Source of the DNA: Atractiella rhizophila
Lineage: Eukaryota
Assembly: GCA_021432655.1 (NCBI GenBank)
Contig: MU271285.1
Coordinates: forward strand, 62,001-107,138
Direction of reading: 5' to 3'
DNA length: 45,138 bases
Both the position numbers and the translations under genes were made by a program. Shown in pieces: positions 1-14,300 of the stretch. Positions within the stretch are counted from its first letter, which is position 1. Every line of letters starts with the position of its first letter. Under the pieces are notes generated by a model. The model saw nothing but the letters and a program-made list of their open reading frames with translations. It did not search any database and had not been told where the DNA came from.

Positions 1-1728
1 TCCATCCTTCGCTCTCGCTCCCTCTCTCGATCTTCATCCTCTCTGCGGCCATAAGATCGTCTAAAAGTATCCCTATCATCCTCCCTTTCTGGCTCTCGCT
101 GATTGATAGGAGATAAAGCTCTGCGATCAGGCCGTCCAGCAATGGAAGATCGAGAATCTCGCCTCCTGTTTCCGACGTATCATAGTTGGAATCGGATAGA
201 TACTTTGAAGGGGAATAACCAACCTTCTTCCTACACCACTTGCACCCATGGAATTGAACGTCCCACGACGATCGTCGCTCCCATATTCGTCCCCAAATCG
301 CCTTGGCCTTGGTCCATCGTCATTTGGCGGTGCATGTGAAGGAGGGCCGGTGTTTGCCTTGGATACTACCACGTCTTGGGATCTTGGGGCATTATCCGAT
401 TTTCTATGCCACGACGGATTCTGAAGAGAAATAGGCTGAGTTGACGATGGAGCATCCATGCCTCTCATTGCCCACGTCCGAAGATCACTAGCCGATGAAG
501 CAGGCTTGAGCTGCGCTGTTTGAGGCTGGGTTTGAGGGCGAAATTGCGACTGTTGTTGTGCGTGAGGCTTTCGTGCGCCTAAGCTAGCAGGCTCTTGCAC
601 TGGCGAATCGATTTCCATGTCAATAGCTCTCTCTCCATCTCCATCTTTGCCATCCTGCGCATTAGCGTTGGAGGCGGCAGGAGCAGTTGAGGTAGGCTGC
701 GAAGCTGAGAACGCAGGCAGAGGCGGAAGAGAATACTCAGCCGTATTCCTCCTCAACGATGGCCCTGTCGGCGTCTTCGAATTCCCTCTCCCTCTCCCTC
801 TTCCCCTACCCCTACCAGCATCATTGGCGTTATCCCTTTCTTTCCCAGCGCTGGGGTTGAAGCCGACGCCGACGCCAACTCCTCCATTTCCGATTCCCCC
901 TTCCACACATGCAACAGGAGCGCCACGACCTTTCCCCTGTCCGTCAGCTGAGTTGACACCAGCAGCAACCTCTCCCCGTTCTTTAGACAGCTTCTCTTGG
1001 AGCTTCAACTTCACCGCTTCTGCCTTCCCCATTTGAAAATCATCTATCCCTCTCGCGCTGGAACTCCCCATTTCATCAACAGTACTGGGACCAGGAGGCT
1101 CCACTTTCACACCAATCGAAGTTGTCACCGGAGTGAGAGGAGCAGGACGCGATCCAGTAATCTCGCATGACGGTTCTCGCGCCTCTCTCGCTTTAGTCTC
1201 CGTCGCCCTACTCCCACCCGACATTGGCTGTGATTGTTGCTGTTGTCCTGGCAGTGTTCCATTCTTGTTCTGAGACTGTGAACCCGAACTACCATTCATT
1301 GTCGACGTCACCTCCGTCCCTCCGTTCAACGGTTTGTAAATGGGGTGCGTTCCTCCATCGATGTCCTCCTTTAGCCTCCTCAGCTTCTGCAAGTCATCCT
1401 GTGTTCCCACTTCCCCGTCTTGTGCCCGTACGTGCGAGTATTCATACGCACTATTGGAATTGTAATATGAAGATGCGCCGAGGTCGGAGTAGTAACCTCC
1501 AGATGGTGCAGAAGCAGGACCAGGATAAGTTCCATTCCCTTTCCTTCCTGCATACGCACCGCCGCCACGACCTCGGAAGCCAAAACTAGAATTTGAATCA
1601 TAACCTCCTCCACGTCCACCTCCTCGACCACCGCTGCCACCTCGGGAAGGATAGTATTTTGAGGGACCCCCACGATTAGAGGGGTCATGTTGCTGAAAGT
1701 AGTGGGAACGCGAACGCGAACGCGACAT
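1..1728 (-). CDS. Low-complexity RS/RGG/RD-RE-rich protein, possibly nuclear RNA-associated; 3' end lies outside the window
   Basis: ATG at 1728 opens a 533-codon ORF starting MSRSRSRS, with RGG boxes and GRGRGR repeats. A 58-nt intron at 223-166 (GTTGGT...AAACAG) restores an open frame RRDSRSSIAGRPDRRALSP...EDRERERERRM that runs to base 1. No recognisable folded domain. Confidence 0.75.
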
Positions 1729-2210
1729 TGGTGTCCAACTTTCTTGGTTCTTAAAGTGACGTCAAGAAAGAAACTGATGAACCGATATCCTTTCCCCTTC
1801 TAAGAAATGAGTACGCACCATCTTTGAGACCCTTTGCTTTCCTGGTAGAGATGAACAATCTTTGGTGCCTCGCAACAGAGTCTAACTTTAACGTCTTGCG
1901 GTGGATATCTAAAGACCCCTTCTGTGATAGATATCTGCACAATCTGGTATCTTTCCCTCGAAACGACACAGCTATGATGCTCTAGAGCGTGGCGTGTTTG
2001 CAACCTCTGCTGTTGTGATCTCACCGCAAGAAGTCCTTCCAACCAAACGTCACAAATAAAACCATTCGTTGTGCCTACTTTATCAGCCGACTTCTTGTTT
2101 TCACGTCGCTTTTAACATCTTTACCCGGCTACCCTTACATCCGTGAGCTTGCGGTAAGTCACTTTGTTATCTCAAGTATGCTGAGCTGATTTTCTGCGTT
2201 TGCAGTCGCG

Positions 2211-3769
2211 ATGCAATCCTCGCCAACCCCGACCACTTCTACGTCCACAGCGTCTTCTCTCCTCTTCCCAGCTGGAGGACAAGCAGAGATTAGTCCGTCT
2301 CTTCCTTCTGTGTCTACCTCTCGGCTGAGATCTGAGGATAGTCCGTGCTCATCAAAAGGACATGTATTATGCGAAAGAGGTCGAACATCGACTTGAAAGT
2401 ATTCTAATGGCTCTCTTTGGTACACATTCTCTGTTCTTCATTTAGACACAAAATATCCTTCGGATTTTTGACAATGGTCCCATCCACATAGGTTCAAGGT
2501 GGGTCAGGAAGTGGGATGATGAGATTGAGGCTTTCTCTCGTGCCATCTATTACGGGCTGACAACAATCGACGGTTCGTCTTTCTAAGCGCTCACTCGTTT
2601 CGCAAGATTACAACTTAACCTCTGCTATTGCATTCAAGGTACGCAAACGCTGGGAGAGGAATACTGCGATATCGTCCAGTTCAATTCCAGAACACAAACG
2701 CTTCCCACCCGTGTCGTGCGTGTCTAGTCTCATGCGTTCCGTGAATCGTCGGTGATTGATCTTTGTCACATAGCTTCGTTCTGTCGTCGTCCTTACGCAT
2801 TCCCTCACCCCATTGTTCGTCGAGAAATTCCTCCCCTACCTACGCAAAAGGCGGCTCGAAGCACGGGCTGCATCGTCTTTGGAACACGAACCATCCGGTC
2901 ACGAGAAGGCTCAAGTCGTCTTTTCACCTACCCTTGTAAGATCTCCAACGCAACTATCGTCAAGGGCTACCCGCATCAAGGAGCTCGTCTCAGAGTACCT
3001 ACGAACGCTGAAAGACCTCTTTTGGACATTGGACACCAAGACAATAGTGGAACAGATAGCGAGACCGATGCATCTGGCACTGTTTTATCTGTTTGGCAAA
3101 TACTTCCATTTCTCCAAACGGCTATGGGGGTCTCCTACGTTCGTTAATCCCTCGTCCAACCTTTACTCATCTCTCCCGAACTATAATCTCAAGGATGCGA
3201 TGTTGTATTATAGATTGCTACGCAGGCGAGGCTGCCGACGGACTATATACCTTCATACGAGCTCCTTGGTTTTCTCCTCTCCATACAGCTCTCCCTTAGG
3301 CTCATCCTCACCATTCGGGCTCGTCGGACAGGTGAAATCTCTTCAGAAACTGGGAAACTCGAAAAGGATCCAGTTGTGGAATCTGACCGGAAGGCCTTGA
3401 CGGTGGACGGACTCCCTGTGCGCGATAAAGTGCTGGATACGAAGAATCCTTCCCCAGCTGATGACGACGAAGTGGATGGCGAACCACCTCAGAAAAGGTG
3501 TACGCTTTGTCTGGGGAGGAAGAGGGACCCGACGCTGACCGAATGTGGACATGTTTGTGCGTTTCCAATATTCCTTATGTGGTGAAGGCGAGGGTTGATA
3601 TCTGAGAGCAGATTGTTGGGAATGTATCGTGGGATGGGCGAGGGAAAAGGTTCGTATCTTCACTTTGCAGAAGAAACGGCGCGCTGACGTTAGGAAACAG
3701 GCTGAGTGCCCGCTGTGTAGACAGGCGATCGCGTTCAATAAGCTGTTGCCACTATATAATTACTCATGA
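2211..3769 (+). CDS. PEX10: Peroxisome biogenesis factor 10 (RING E3 ligase), multi-exon
   Basis: The spliced model gives FPAGGQAEI-IRAHQKD, TLGEEYCDIVQ, HLALFYLFGKYFHFSKR, PSYELLGFLLSIQL and a C3HC4 RING (CTLC...CGHVCCWEC...CPLCRQ). Stop TGA at 3767-3769. Probable 5'UTR intron at 2154-2205. The junction at 3126-3213 is ambiguous (see findings). Confidence 0.93.
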
Positions 3770-4131
3770 TCTTAATCATTCTTGACTTGGCAATGTCATG
3801 AAACTTCTTCTTGAGCTTTCTAGGCAAAACTTTCGCATTCGGATATTTATTTCACTCCCGTCAGGATTCTATGTAAACCGCAGATCTAGTAGCTCGTTGT
3901 GCAGCATTACTGCATTATGCGTACAAAGGACGTAATCTGAGAAATCATACCAACTGCTCTGTTGTCCGGGTTTGCTATCAGTGCAACCGCAGTCGGAACC
4001 CTAAATTCATTGTTCCCTCCAGCTGCAAGGTCATCTTGCAGTTTGCCTCAAACTTCCAGCTTCGCGTCTTACATTAACAAGTCGCGTCAAGCCAAAACTT
4101 TCGTGCGTTATACGAAAATTTATCGCCAACC

Positions 4132-7100
4132 ATGTCTTTCTTGGTTGCCCATACTTCAGTACCTGACGCCTACGCCTCGACCAGCTCATTGATCCAGAAT
4201 TTAGTAGCACAATCACGGGAGAAAGGGAAAGGGAAGGAGGAGGAGACTCCATCGGCTGAGGCACCATACCCGGGTAGATGTGATAGTGAATTGTTGATGC
4301 TGGTCCGAAAATTGGAGCATTGGAAACCAGCCGTGGTGGACGAATCGAATAGGAAAGGTGGATTACACAATTATTGGAGTAAGTGGACCATGACATACGT
4401 ATGAGTGTTAACTACTAACATTGAACACTGTTTTTTATTTAAGGTGAGAGCTACTCACTCATTGTAACTCTTATGCACAAGCTGACAACATTTCCAGGCA
4501 ATATGCGGAGGAACTTCGGATGGGTTATGGCAGATTTTGAAGCGGCTTGGAGGACCTGGGAAGAGGCTTTTGGGCTTGACGTGAGGAATCTGCTACAACA
4601 GAGCATTGAACTAATATTTTCCCAGCGTCCTGTATTGGAACTTTTTGGACTGGCGGAGCTGCTGATCAAAACTCTTTCTGAGTGGATGAGATTTTGGGAG
4701 CCGTTTTCTGATACGGACGAGCCTCTGTCAGCTTTACTTTCGTGCTGTCAACAAGGTACTAATTATTCAACATAGAACAGAGGATCGTATACCAATACAC
4801 TCCACATTTGTGGCTCATTTCCAGCGTCTCGTCCTTGCTCACATCAAACCTTGGCAATTCGAAACGACTCTTTATCATATCATGGGACGATTTTTTGAAC
4901 CAATAACCATCTCAGAAAAGGCCACATTCCTCTTCAACCTTTACAAGCTAGGTTTAATGCCTGCTTATGAGAATGCTGCCTACGCCGCCGTTCATGATTA
5001 TCTACGAAATTCGATTACTGAGCGCTGCGAGGGAAAGTGGAAAGCTTCGCAAAAGGGAGACCTACAGGCGCTCAAATTGTACATTTGCGAGGAAAACTCA
5101 AGAGGAGCTTTTGTGCAGGGTCTTCGCTTACTTTCACAAGGCGCGACTTTGTGGCAGCTATTTTCTTCTACCGTTTCATCACCGTCTTTCACCATTTACC
5201 CCTCACCGGTTGCGAACTTTTTACCTGACTTAGCGAACGATGACAAAATTTTCAGAAACTTCGGAAAGGAGACGCTGGCTATTTTGGAGGGTCTATTCGC
5301 TCGCGAAGGAGCTGCATTCACTGTCCATGAGCTAAATAAGACTGGAATGTCGATTCCAGTATCCGCCAAGGGTGTTGCAGAAAGGAAGAAGGCCGCCGAT
5401 CCGGCATATTGGATTATTTACAGGGCAGAGATGGCAAAATGGGTCAACAAAATCATGGACTCGCTAGGAGAGCTTCGGTGCGTTCTCATCCATAAATCGG
5501 AATTGGTATTGGTTGATGCTTCGCAGGGTCAAGGAGGCCTTCGATATTATCAGGGAATATCCGGGTACAGAACCGGCAGTTGAAGACCTCAATGTAAATC
5601 TTATTCGTTTCTTTTATTTCCTCTTGCTGATAACAGCAACAGAAATGCGTTGCCCGTGGTTATAATCTGCGAGCAAAATTGATTTCCAGCCTTCGACTAT
5701 CGAATGCCACTCGTCTTCTGCATCCTGGAGTCAAGACGGAAGATATAATCCGCATTTATGTTATCACAGTTTCCGTCCTTCGAAAAATAGATCCACTAGA
5801 AGTTCTCCTCCATAAAATTGCCCAACCAATTAGGGATTACCTGAAGTATACTTATCATCATGTTTCGATTGTTCTTACTCGTTCATCGTCTTGGGATAGG
5901 ACCAGAGAAGACACGATTCGATGCATTGTCTCGAAACTCATTGCTCCTCCAGATCAGACTACACCGATTATTGTTGCAGCAGAAGACATGTTACCTTTAC
6001 AAGAAGCCGATGAAGACGAGGCTGAGAACTACGGAGACTCGAATTGGAACCCTCCTCCGATGGACGCCCCTCAAGGTTGGTCTTTCAGCCTTCCAATGAC
6101 CCATTGCGCTACAACAGAGTTTAGATTTTCATAAGAAGCGTGGGACGGACATGCTTTCGCTTCTTGTCAGCATTTATGAAACGAAGGATGTCTTTGTGAA
6201 GGAGTTGCAGAACAGTTTAGGGGTCAGATTGCTAGACATTAAGGATTATAACCTTGATCGCGAGGTGAGCGTTTTACACCTGAACGGAGCTATAGCTGAA
6301 TGTGAGGAAGGTACAAACTCTCGAAATTCTGAAGCGGCGGTTTGGAGAGCAAGCCCTTCAGGGCTGCGATGTGATGATCAAGGATTTAGAGCGAACGAAG
6401 CGGACAAATGCTTTAATTCACGAGCAAGGAGATCGAGATGTACGTGCCTCGCTTTTTAACTAACTCCTTTTTTATGACCTCTCCTAGTCGCCATTACGAC
6501 CGAAGATTATCTCAAGGACTTGCTGGCCAGCTTTCGGTCCCACAAAATTCAAGACAACTGGCCAGCTTCAAGCGTTAGATTTTAGTTCTTATGCCGAGAA
6601 ACCCATCCCTAATATACCTGTCATAGTCTTCAGACGTCTTACTCTGACACATACACTCGTTTACGGCCGGACAAGAAGCTCAAGTGGCTCAATAACGTTG
6701 GAACGACGGACGTAGAGCTAGAGATGGATGATGGACGAGTGTTGACCTTTGAGGGGGTGTCCATCATCCAAGCATCTGTTATAGAAGGATTCCAAGAGAA
6801 AGGTGCGTTCACGGTTTATTCGCACACACAAGATACCGACGAGACTTCAGAGACGTGGGATCTGGTGGAGCTTTCTCAACGTTTCGGCCTCAGCGAAAGG
6901 GAGCAAAACGATATTCGCGCGATTCGCTCCGCCCTTCTTTCTTGGGTTAATAAAGGTGTCTTGAGAGAGTTGGATGATGGGCGGTGGATGCTCATCGAAA
7001 AGGCAGAGGATGTGCAACAGCAAGCCATGAGTACACTCCTTTCCCATCTCCTTATAGTTTTATATTCACTATGCATCGCAGTTGTCGAACCCGAAGAGCA

Positions 7101-7459
7101 ATCAGATACAATGATCAGTGCTCCTTCGTTCGACGAATTTAACACCTACTGGCAATATATCAAGGCCATGGTCAGTCTGTTCTCGCTCTCTTCAACTCCC
7201 TCCACTGATGGTTATATAAGCTGGGGAACCTTGGTGCTCAGCCGATAGGGAACATTCACTCAATGCTCACCAAGTTCGTCCCAGTGTTCGCAGGGAAGAC
7301 GCAGGACGAGCTAGAAGCCTTTTTGAAGTGGAAGATGGCAAACGGAGGGGAAGTCGGTGCGTTCTGCTTGCTTTCATGGTTTGGATCGGACGAAGAATTT
7401 GACTGATTCCCTGCGTAGAGGGAACAGCTGGAGTTTGGAAACTGGTGAATCCATCATGA
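4132..7459 (+). CDS. APC2: Anaphase-promoting complex subunit 2 (cullin-like), multi-exon
   Basis: Apc2 motifs RLLHPGVKTEDII...IRDYLK-TREDTIRCIV, WNPPPMDA, LLVSIYETKDVFVKELQ...RLL, a cullin segment with KKLKWLNNVG, and a C-terminal winged-helix-like part (YWQYIKAM). Exact N-terminal exon structure is less certain. Confidence 0.9.
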
Positions 7460-7989
7460 ATTGGTTCAATTCCTTCGTGTTTAAACGACAGACAGAGCGC
7501 ATCACTAGTGCTACTGCATTTTATTGCTTGCATTGAAACCGTGAACGGAGATTGCACTGACGTTCAATTAAGTTCAACATAGAGCTTTGTCGCTTTAAAC
7601 AACCTCTGTCAAAGTGACGCGAGGCGCTGTGGAGGGAGATTCATGGATGATTGCAATTGATTCATGAATACAGTGCATGCTCTTCAAAGCTGCTCTTCCA
7701 GAAGCAGGGCACTGCCTGCTTTTCGAGAACACTCTGAGGAACGAATCAGAATCTACCCAGCTCGTGAGTTTTTCTCGACGGTTCGACAACTTTGTGAACT
7801 TCTGGATCCGTCGTTTGTCCGAAGCCGCTCAGCGACGTTCGATCATCATCATCATCAATTGACTTTGGGATTTTAGCAGCATTGCAGCCAAATCGCCAAT
7901 ATCCTCATTTCTTCCGCCTTCCTTTCTTCTACGGTCTTTTATTTATCACATCCCCAGATCCACTCTCAGGAAGCAACATCCAGTTCGTC

Positions 7990-10900
7990 ATGCCACATTC
8001 CAAGGATCAACAGGGATCTCCAGCGCCTTCCAATCCTCCGCCAATCGCCTCACCGCCGATAGCAGCAAGCGAAAGGGTGTTTCCAATCGCGTCTATGGTC
8101 TCTATCAGACCCACAAGCCCTACGAACCAAAATTATGCCAGAAGTCAATCGTTTTCAGATTCGCAATTCGGGAGGTTTGGAGATATTGATCGAGAGGATC
8201 CAGTGCTCGCGAGGGAGAGGTTTCGATCTTCTTTACCGATGGTACCTGATGGAGATGGGTCTGTATCTTCTTCGAGCACCTCAGGACAAGGGTCTGCGTC
8301 GGTTTATGTTGAGGATGTCGATCCGTTCTCTTTCGCATTGGGAAGTGGCATCGCCGCGTCACAAGCCCAACTTACGACTATTCGTCAATCAGACTCCTCC
8401 CCGGAGAGCCAAAGCCAGTCTGGGAGTGGGAGTGGGAGTGAGAGTCAAGCTACGCCAGAAGTCCCCAGTCCAGAAACTCTGCGCACCACTTCCGATGAAA
8501 CAGCCATCCCACAGCTCGCGCACTCTTCTGACGATGGCCAAAGTCGAACAGAAGGTGTAGGAACCGAGACGCCGTTCGCCTCCACCATCGGTAGCGGAGA
8601 GTCCTCTTACTTTCGTAAAGAATCAACGTCAGGTGATAACTCTACGACGGATTTCGACCCCGATCCTCTCTACACACCAATCGGTCAAGATATGCAAAGT
8701 GTCAAACGGCCGCTGCCAGATGGAGCGGTAGGAGTAGACCCAGCGGTAGGGGTACCTGGTTCAAAGGCGGGGAGTACGGTGGCTGGCGCTGTCGTGCCAA
8801 GTACGAAGAGTTTGGGTGGAACTGGAGCGAGTGTGAAGCTGGAGGAGATGATGACGGTTAGGTTTGAACATGTTCAGACGGATGATGGACACATGGTGCT
8901 TACCGGGAGAGAAGGGAAATTGGAGCGGTGTGAAGATGAGGTACGTATTTTCTTTGTCCAGCATCAACATGGGCCAATTCGTGATCACGAGCAATAATTT
9001 TTGGAGTATACTACACAGCGCTTCAAAATTCCACTGAAGTGGTGGCTATGACGTCACACGTGTGCGACTTATGCTCTTGTACCTTGCCATTCCCTGAGGT
9101 CAAAACCGTATACCCGTTTAACATATATACATATCACCTTGCGCTCGCTAAGTGATCTGCTCTGCCTCAAGCATAGCTTCCGCGAATTCAAGTTGCTAAA
9201 GAGTTCTCTGTCCTGAATAGCCGATCCATATTCCCGGCGCCATACAATCATTCGGAGCGTTGGTAGCTTTAGAAGAAAGTCCAGAGAAGAAGTATCGAGT
9301 CGTCCAGGTTTCCGAGGTGAGATACGCACTCTTTCCTGACGAGGAAATATAACACGAAGTGATTGTAGAACTCCGCAGACATTCTCGGTTGGAAGCCTTC
9401 AGCCCTTTTCGCATTGGACGATTTCTTGGAATGCCTGGACGAAGAGGACCGCGAGACATTCGCAGAGAATGTAGAGCTCATGGACGAGCAAGAGGAAGCA
9501 GATGGGCTCAAACAACATGGTCCTCATACCTTCCGCATCGCTGGCGTGCGTCAGATACCACGACGGACACCAGAACGAAACACTTCTAGGTCGGCCTCGT
9601 CCACAACGACAAGTCAAGAATCCTGGCAATGCTGGTGCGCCTCTCATCGTCCAGACCCTCAGAATCGACCGACCCTCATCGTCCTGGAGTTTGAACTGGT
9701 GGAAGACGACATACACCCACTTTCTACGGAAGTAAAAGTGGAGGAGCACGAAAGGGGTGGATTGGATGGAGAGCCTTATATACCTACTGAGGAGGACCTA
9801 AAGATTTCAACAACGAGCATATCAAAACCGATGAAGGGGCTCGCAAAGCTACGGAGAGAAGGTCACGGTCTCAACTCGAGTTCCGGCCTTGCTGTATTTC
9901 AGGTTGGTCGAACGTACTTACGTCAAGAACAGTAACCTGATGGATTATTTAGGTATTAGGACAAGTCAATGAGCAACTGGGCAAAGCAGAGGAGCTAGAG
10001 GAGTTTCTGAAGGTCAGTGTAGGATTGGTTAAGGAGCTTACAGGATTTCATCGTGTGATGATTTATCAAGTAAGTCTCTGTACTTTACATATAGCCTGCC
10101 TTCTTCTTATTCAAATCGCTAGTTTGATGAAGCCTGGAATGGCCAAGTGGTGAGCGAACTGGTCGACTGGACTCAAACTCGAGACCTCTATCGCGGACTC
10201 CACTTTCCGGCAAGTGGTAAGACTTTCCTACGCCATCCTTCCGGTACTATTTCGTCCTTATCAACAGCCTGCAGATATACCAGCTCAGGCACGTGAGCTG
10301 TACAAGATCAACAAAGTCCGTTTGCTTTACGACCGAGATCTTCAAACGGCTCGCCTGGTTTGCAAGGATAGGGAAGAACTTCAGCGTCCTCTCAACATGA
10401 CGCACTGCCATCTGCGTGCAATGAGCCCAATCCACGTCAAATATCTGGGGAACATGGGAGTCGTGCGTCCTTTATTCTATTTCCACTGTCGTTCTAAATT
10501 ATTTAATGTGGAACGTAGAGAGCGTCCATGTCGATATCAGTCATCGCCTTTGGAACTCTTTGGGGACTAATTTCTTGTCATTCCTATGGAAAGTATGGCA
10601 AACGAGTCTCGTTTCCTATCCGTCAGCTCTGCCGATTACTGGGAGACTCCATCTCCGCTAATGTTGAGCGACTTTCCTACGCTCGTCGCCTGCAGGCCCG
10701 GAAGTTAATCAATACTTCCCCAAGCACATCAAATCCATCTGGTTATATCGTCGCCAATGCTGACGATCTTTTACGATTGTTTGACGCTGAATTTGGAGTC
10801 ATATCGATTGGAGAAGAAGCGAAGGTATTCAAGCTTGCTCTTCGGTTACAAGAGGGGACTGACAGGATGCACTAGATTTTTGGACCCCTCAAGAACTCTC

Positions 10901-13772
10901 AAGAAGTCATAGCAGTATTAGAATACCTTCGTATGAGGGGTTTCACGTCCATGCAAGCGACTCAAGAGATGGCTGTCGACTTCCCGGACATACATTTTGC
11001 TGGTGGATTTGATCACATTGCAGGCTTCCTCTACATACCATTATCGCGACATGGACGAGACTTTATCGCCTTCTTCCGAACTGGACAACTCCATCAAATC
11101 CATTGGGTATGTTGACTCTCTCCTGTCAAAGTGCGTAAGCCTCATTTGGATTAGGCTGGAAATCCATACCAAAAGCTCATTCGCGAAGGAACGGACAACT
11201 ACCTCGAACCTCGAACTTCCTTCAAGCTTTGGTCGGAGACTGTCCATGCTAAGACGAAGGCGTGGACTGATGAGCAACTCGAAACTGCGTCCGTTCTATG
11301 CATAGTCTACGGAAAGTTTATCGAAGTTTGGCGCCAAAAGGAAGCAGCTCAACAGGCTAGCCAATTAACAAGTTTGCTGATATCAAATGCAAGTCATGAA
11401 GGTAGGGTTACGCTCTGCAACTCGCTGCACTCTTTGTTGACGACGTTTGGTAGTACGAACACCGCTCAATCAAATTATTAACTTCCTCGAAATGGCGTTG
11501 GAAGGCCCGCTGGACAACGACACGCGTGACAACCTTTCGCGAAGTTATGAGGCCTCAAGGACACTGATTCACGTCATCAATGATCTGCTAGACCTCACGA
11601 GGGCAGAGCAAGGCCACCAACTACTCTTGCAAGATCCATTTGAGCTTGGTGGGCTCATTGCGAGTGCAATGGAAGTGCATAGACAAGAGGCTCTGCGACA
11701 AGGGATCGAATTCGAGATTATCGAAGATCCTCATGGTACTCCAAGGTGAGGTGGTATTCACGATTAGGATGTTCTTTTGATGATAGCTTTGTTTACAGTA
11801 CCGTGTTGGGAGATCGCGCCAAGCTGCGTCAAGCGCTGTCCTCCGTGGCTGGAAATGCTGTCAAGCATACTGCAGAGGGGGGGAAAGTGACTATCACTTG
11901 GGGAGAAATCAATGAAGACAAAACTCCGCATTCGAAGCAAGGTGAATTGCAACAACTCTTAACGGCAACATGACACTTATATGCTCCTTTGTAGAATCTG
12001 TCAGAGTGGCGATCTCGGTGGCTGATACCGGGTAAGGCTTCTCCAGTCGATCATGCCTTTACTTAACGAGTTGGTACAGATCTGGCATACCAGAAGAGAA
12101 ATTGGAAAAGATCTTTCGCGAGTTGGAAGAAATTGAGACTATCGATCAGGAGGAAATGTACGACAACCCATCTCTTGGCCTTGGTTTGGCAGTTTGCGCT
12201 CGACTGGTGCGGAACCTCGGAGGGCAACTTCGAGCAGAATCGAAAGAAAACGAAGGGACCAAATTCACTTTCGTCTTTGACTTCCCCTTGCCGGAACAAT
12301 CATTTTATTCACCTTCTGTTGATGGACGCGGAAGAGGTCGGCTGTCGTCAGAGGACATATCGAGCAAAATGCCAACGAGTCTCTCACGGAATCTCAGCGA
12401 CCAAGAAGGAGGGACGCGCTCAGATATGCACAGTCAGCCTCGGAGTTTCGAAAGCGGCAGACTGAGCCAGAGATCAGAAATTAACAACCTTGTTGAAGCT
12501 ATATCTGCTGACCCAATGAAGTCCTCCGGCTCCTCCAGGCGTTCCTCGCTCCAACCAGCCTCAAGACCCGTTTCCAGCGTTTCGAGCAATCACGATGGAC
12601 GCATCTTGATTCAAGACAGTTCAGTGCCGTTACGGCCTATCAAGATGGAGGACACACTTCCAGCTGGCTCGTCTTCTGCAATTGCATCTTCCTCCGATTT
12701 ACCATCCTCAAGAACCACCACCACTCGCACCACCAGGAAGAGGTTACCGAAGCAGCCTTCGTTCCTCAAGCACATCAGCGAGTATGAACGAGCAAGAGGA
12801 ACAGCTTCAATGGATGACGCTATGGCCCCATTACGCATAATGGTTGTGGAAGTACGTCTTCTCGCGCTCTAGCCGACTAAACTGTCGCTGACTAGTGCTT
12901 AAAGGATGATGATATTAACAGAAATATTCTACGCAGTGCGTTATATTACATTTACGTGCCATTGACTGCTGTGCTAATGCCCATTTCTAACAGAACGGCT
13001 AGCTAAGGATAATCATGACGTCTCTCTTTGCATCCATGGCGAAGAGGCTGTTCGATTGTTCAAGATTGACCCAGATTTCGACATTATCCTCATGGACTTA
13101 CAGTGAGTCGTCCTTTCCGGGAATGAGGAAGCGAGGAAGCGCTTGACGTTTTGAGGTTAGGATGCCGATTTGTGACGGAATAACCGCAACGCAGCTGATC
13201 CGAGCTCACGAGAAACAGTCTCGTTTGACAGAAACAAGCAGTGGAGTGCCATCTCCTAGCGTCAGCAGTCTAAGATGGGCATCTACGTCTGGTTCGTACG
13301 CTTCAGGATCAGCTGCTTCGAGTGCTAGTTCAGTATCGGGACCCCTCCCCAACTTGCCGGTTCCGCCTCCCCGCCGTCTTGCCTCGAGTCTGAACGGTCG
13401 CTGCGTTATTTTTGCAGTTTCTGCTTCTTTGCCCGAGAAACAAAGGACAGAGTTGGTAGACGCCGGCATTGACGGGTGGATGCTGAAACCGCTCGATTTT
13501 AAGCGACTCAACGTCCTCATGAAGGGAATACTAGACGGGAAACAACGACAGAAAGATCTCTACACGTATGTGTTATTCACCTCCTGGGTATATACTCACC
13601 AAGCTCTTGCAGGCCTGGCAGTTGGGAGAAAGGAGGCTGGTTGCGGCTTCACCCAACACTGACGATGTCTAAGGAGTCGAAGCCATCTGCCACATCGTCG
13701 AGTCTCCTCTCCCCGCAAACCCCATTCTCACCCTCACCCTCTCCACTGCAAGCAAGCTCGTCTTCAAAATAA
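7990..13772 (+). CDS. fphA: Fungal phytochrome (PAS-GAF-PHY-HisKA-HATPase-REC hybrid histidine kinase)
   Basis: S/P-rich N-terminal extension. Bilin-binding RCEDE|PIHIPGAIQSFG across intron 8941-9220. GAF motifs GFHRVMIYQFD, LHFPASDIPAQARELY and AMSPIHVKYLGNMGV. H-box NASHE|VRTPLNQII, N box NAVKHT, G boxes DTGSGI and LGLGL. Receiver VVE|DD...ILMDLQ|MP...LKP. C-terminal WEKGGW, stop TAA 13770-13772. Confidence 0.96.
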
Positions 13773-14300
13773 TCAGATTTGACCCTTTCCCAACCAGGTT
13801 CTCGTTAACATCGTTTTTTCTTTGATTGAATGTTCTCCTTCTGTTCTTCTCGCTTACCGCATCCACTTTTTCGCTGCTAATACTACTATCGCACCGCCAA
13901 GGAGGAAACCAAAACAAATTGTCAAGTATAGAATTCATTGTGGATTGCTTTTGTATTGTTTCTAAAGGGGCATGAGTTGAGATGTGTGCTGTCCATAGAC
14001 AGAAGGTCGTTCTCCGGAATCAGAACGGGTTGGAAATGTGAATTTTGTTCTCCAAACAACGTGTTATTTGATGAGTACAACTTTTGTTCCCCATTTGAAC
14101 TTTCTTCATTCAACGTTCAGGCTCGATTGTTTTATGTACTTTCGAATGTGAAGGAATAAACACGATGCATCTACTCCTCTCAACAGTTCATTGGCAACAT
14201 TGTAGATCCACCGTACAATGAACCTAACTTTGAAGGACTTTCTCCGCATCCGCATTGAAGACCAACCATCAGCTTCACGTTGACGAAACTATTTACTACC

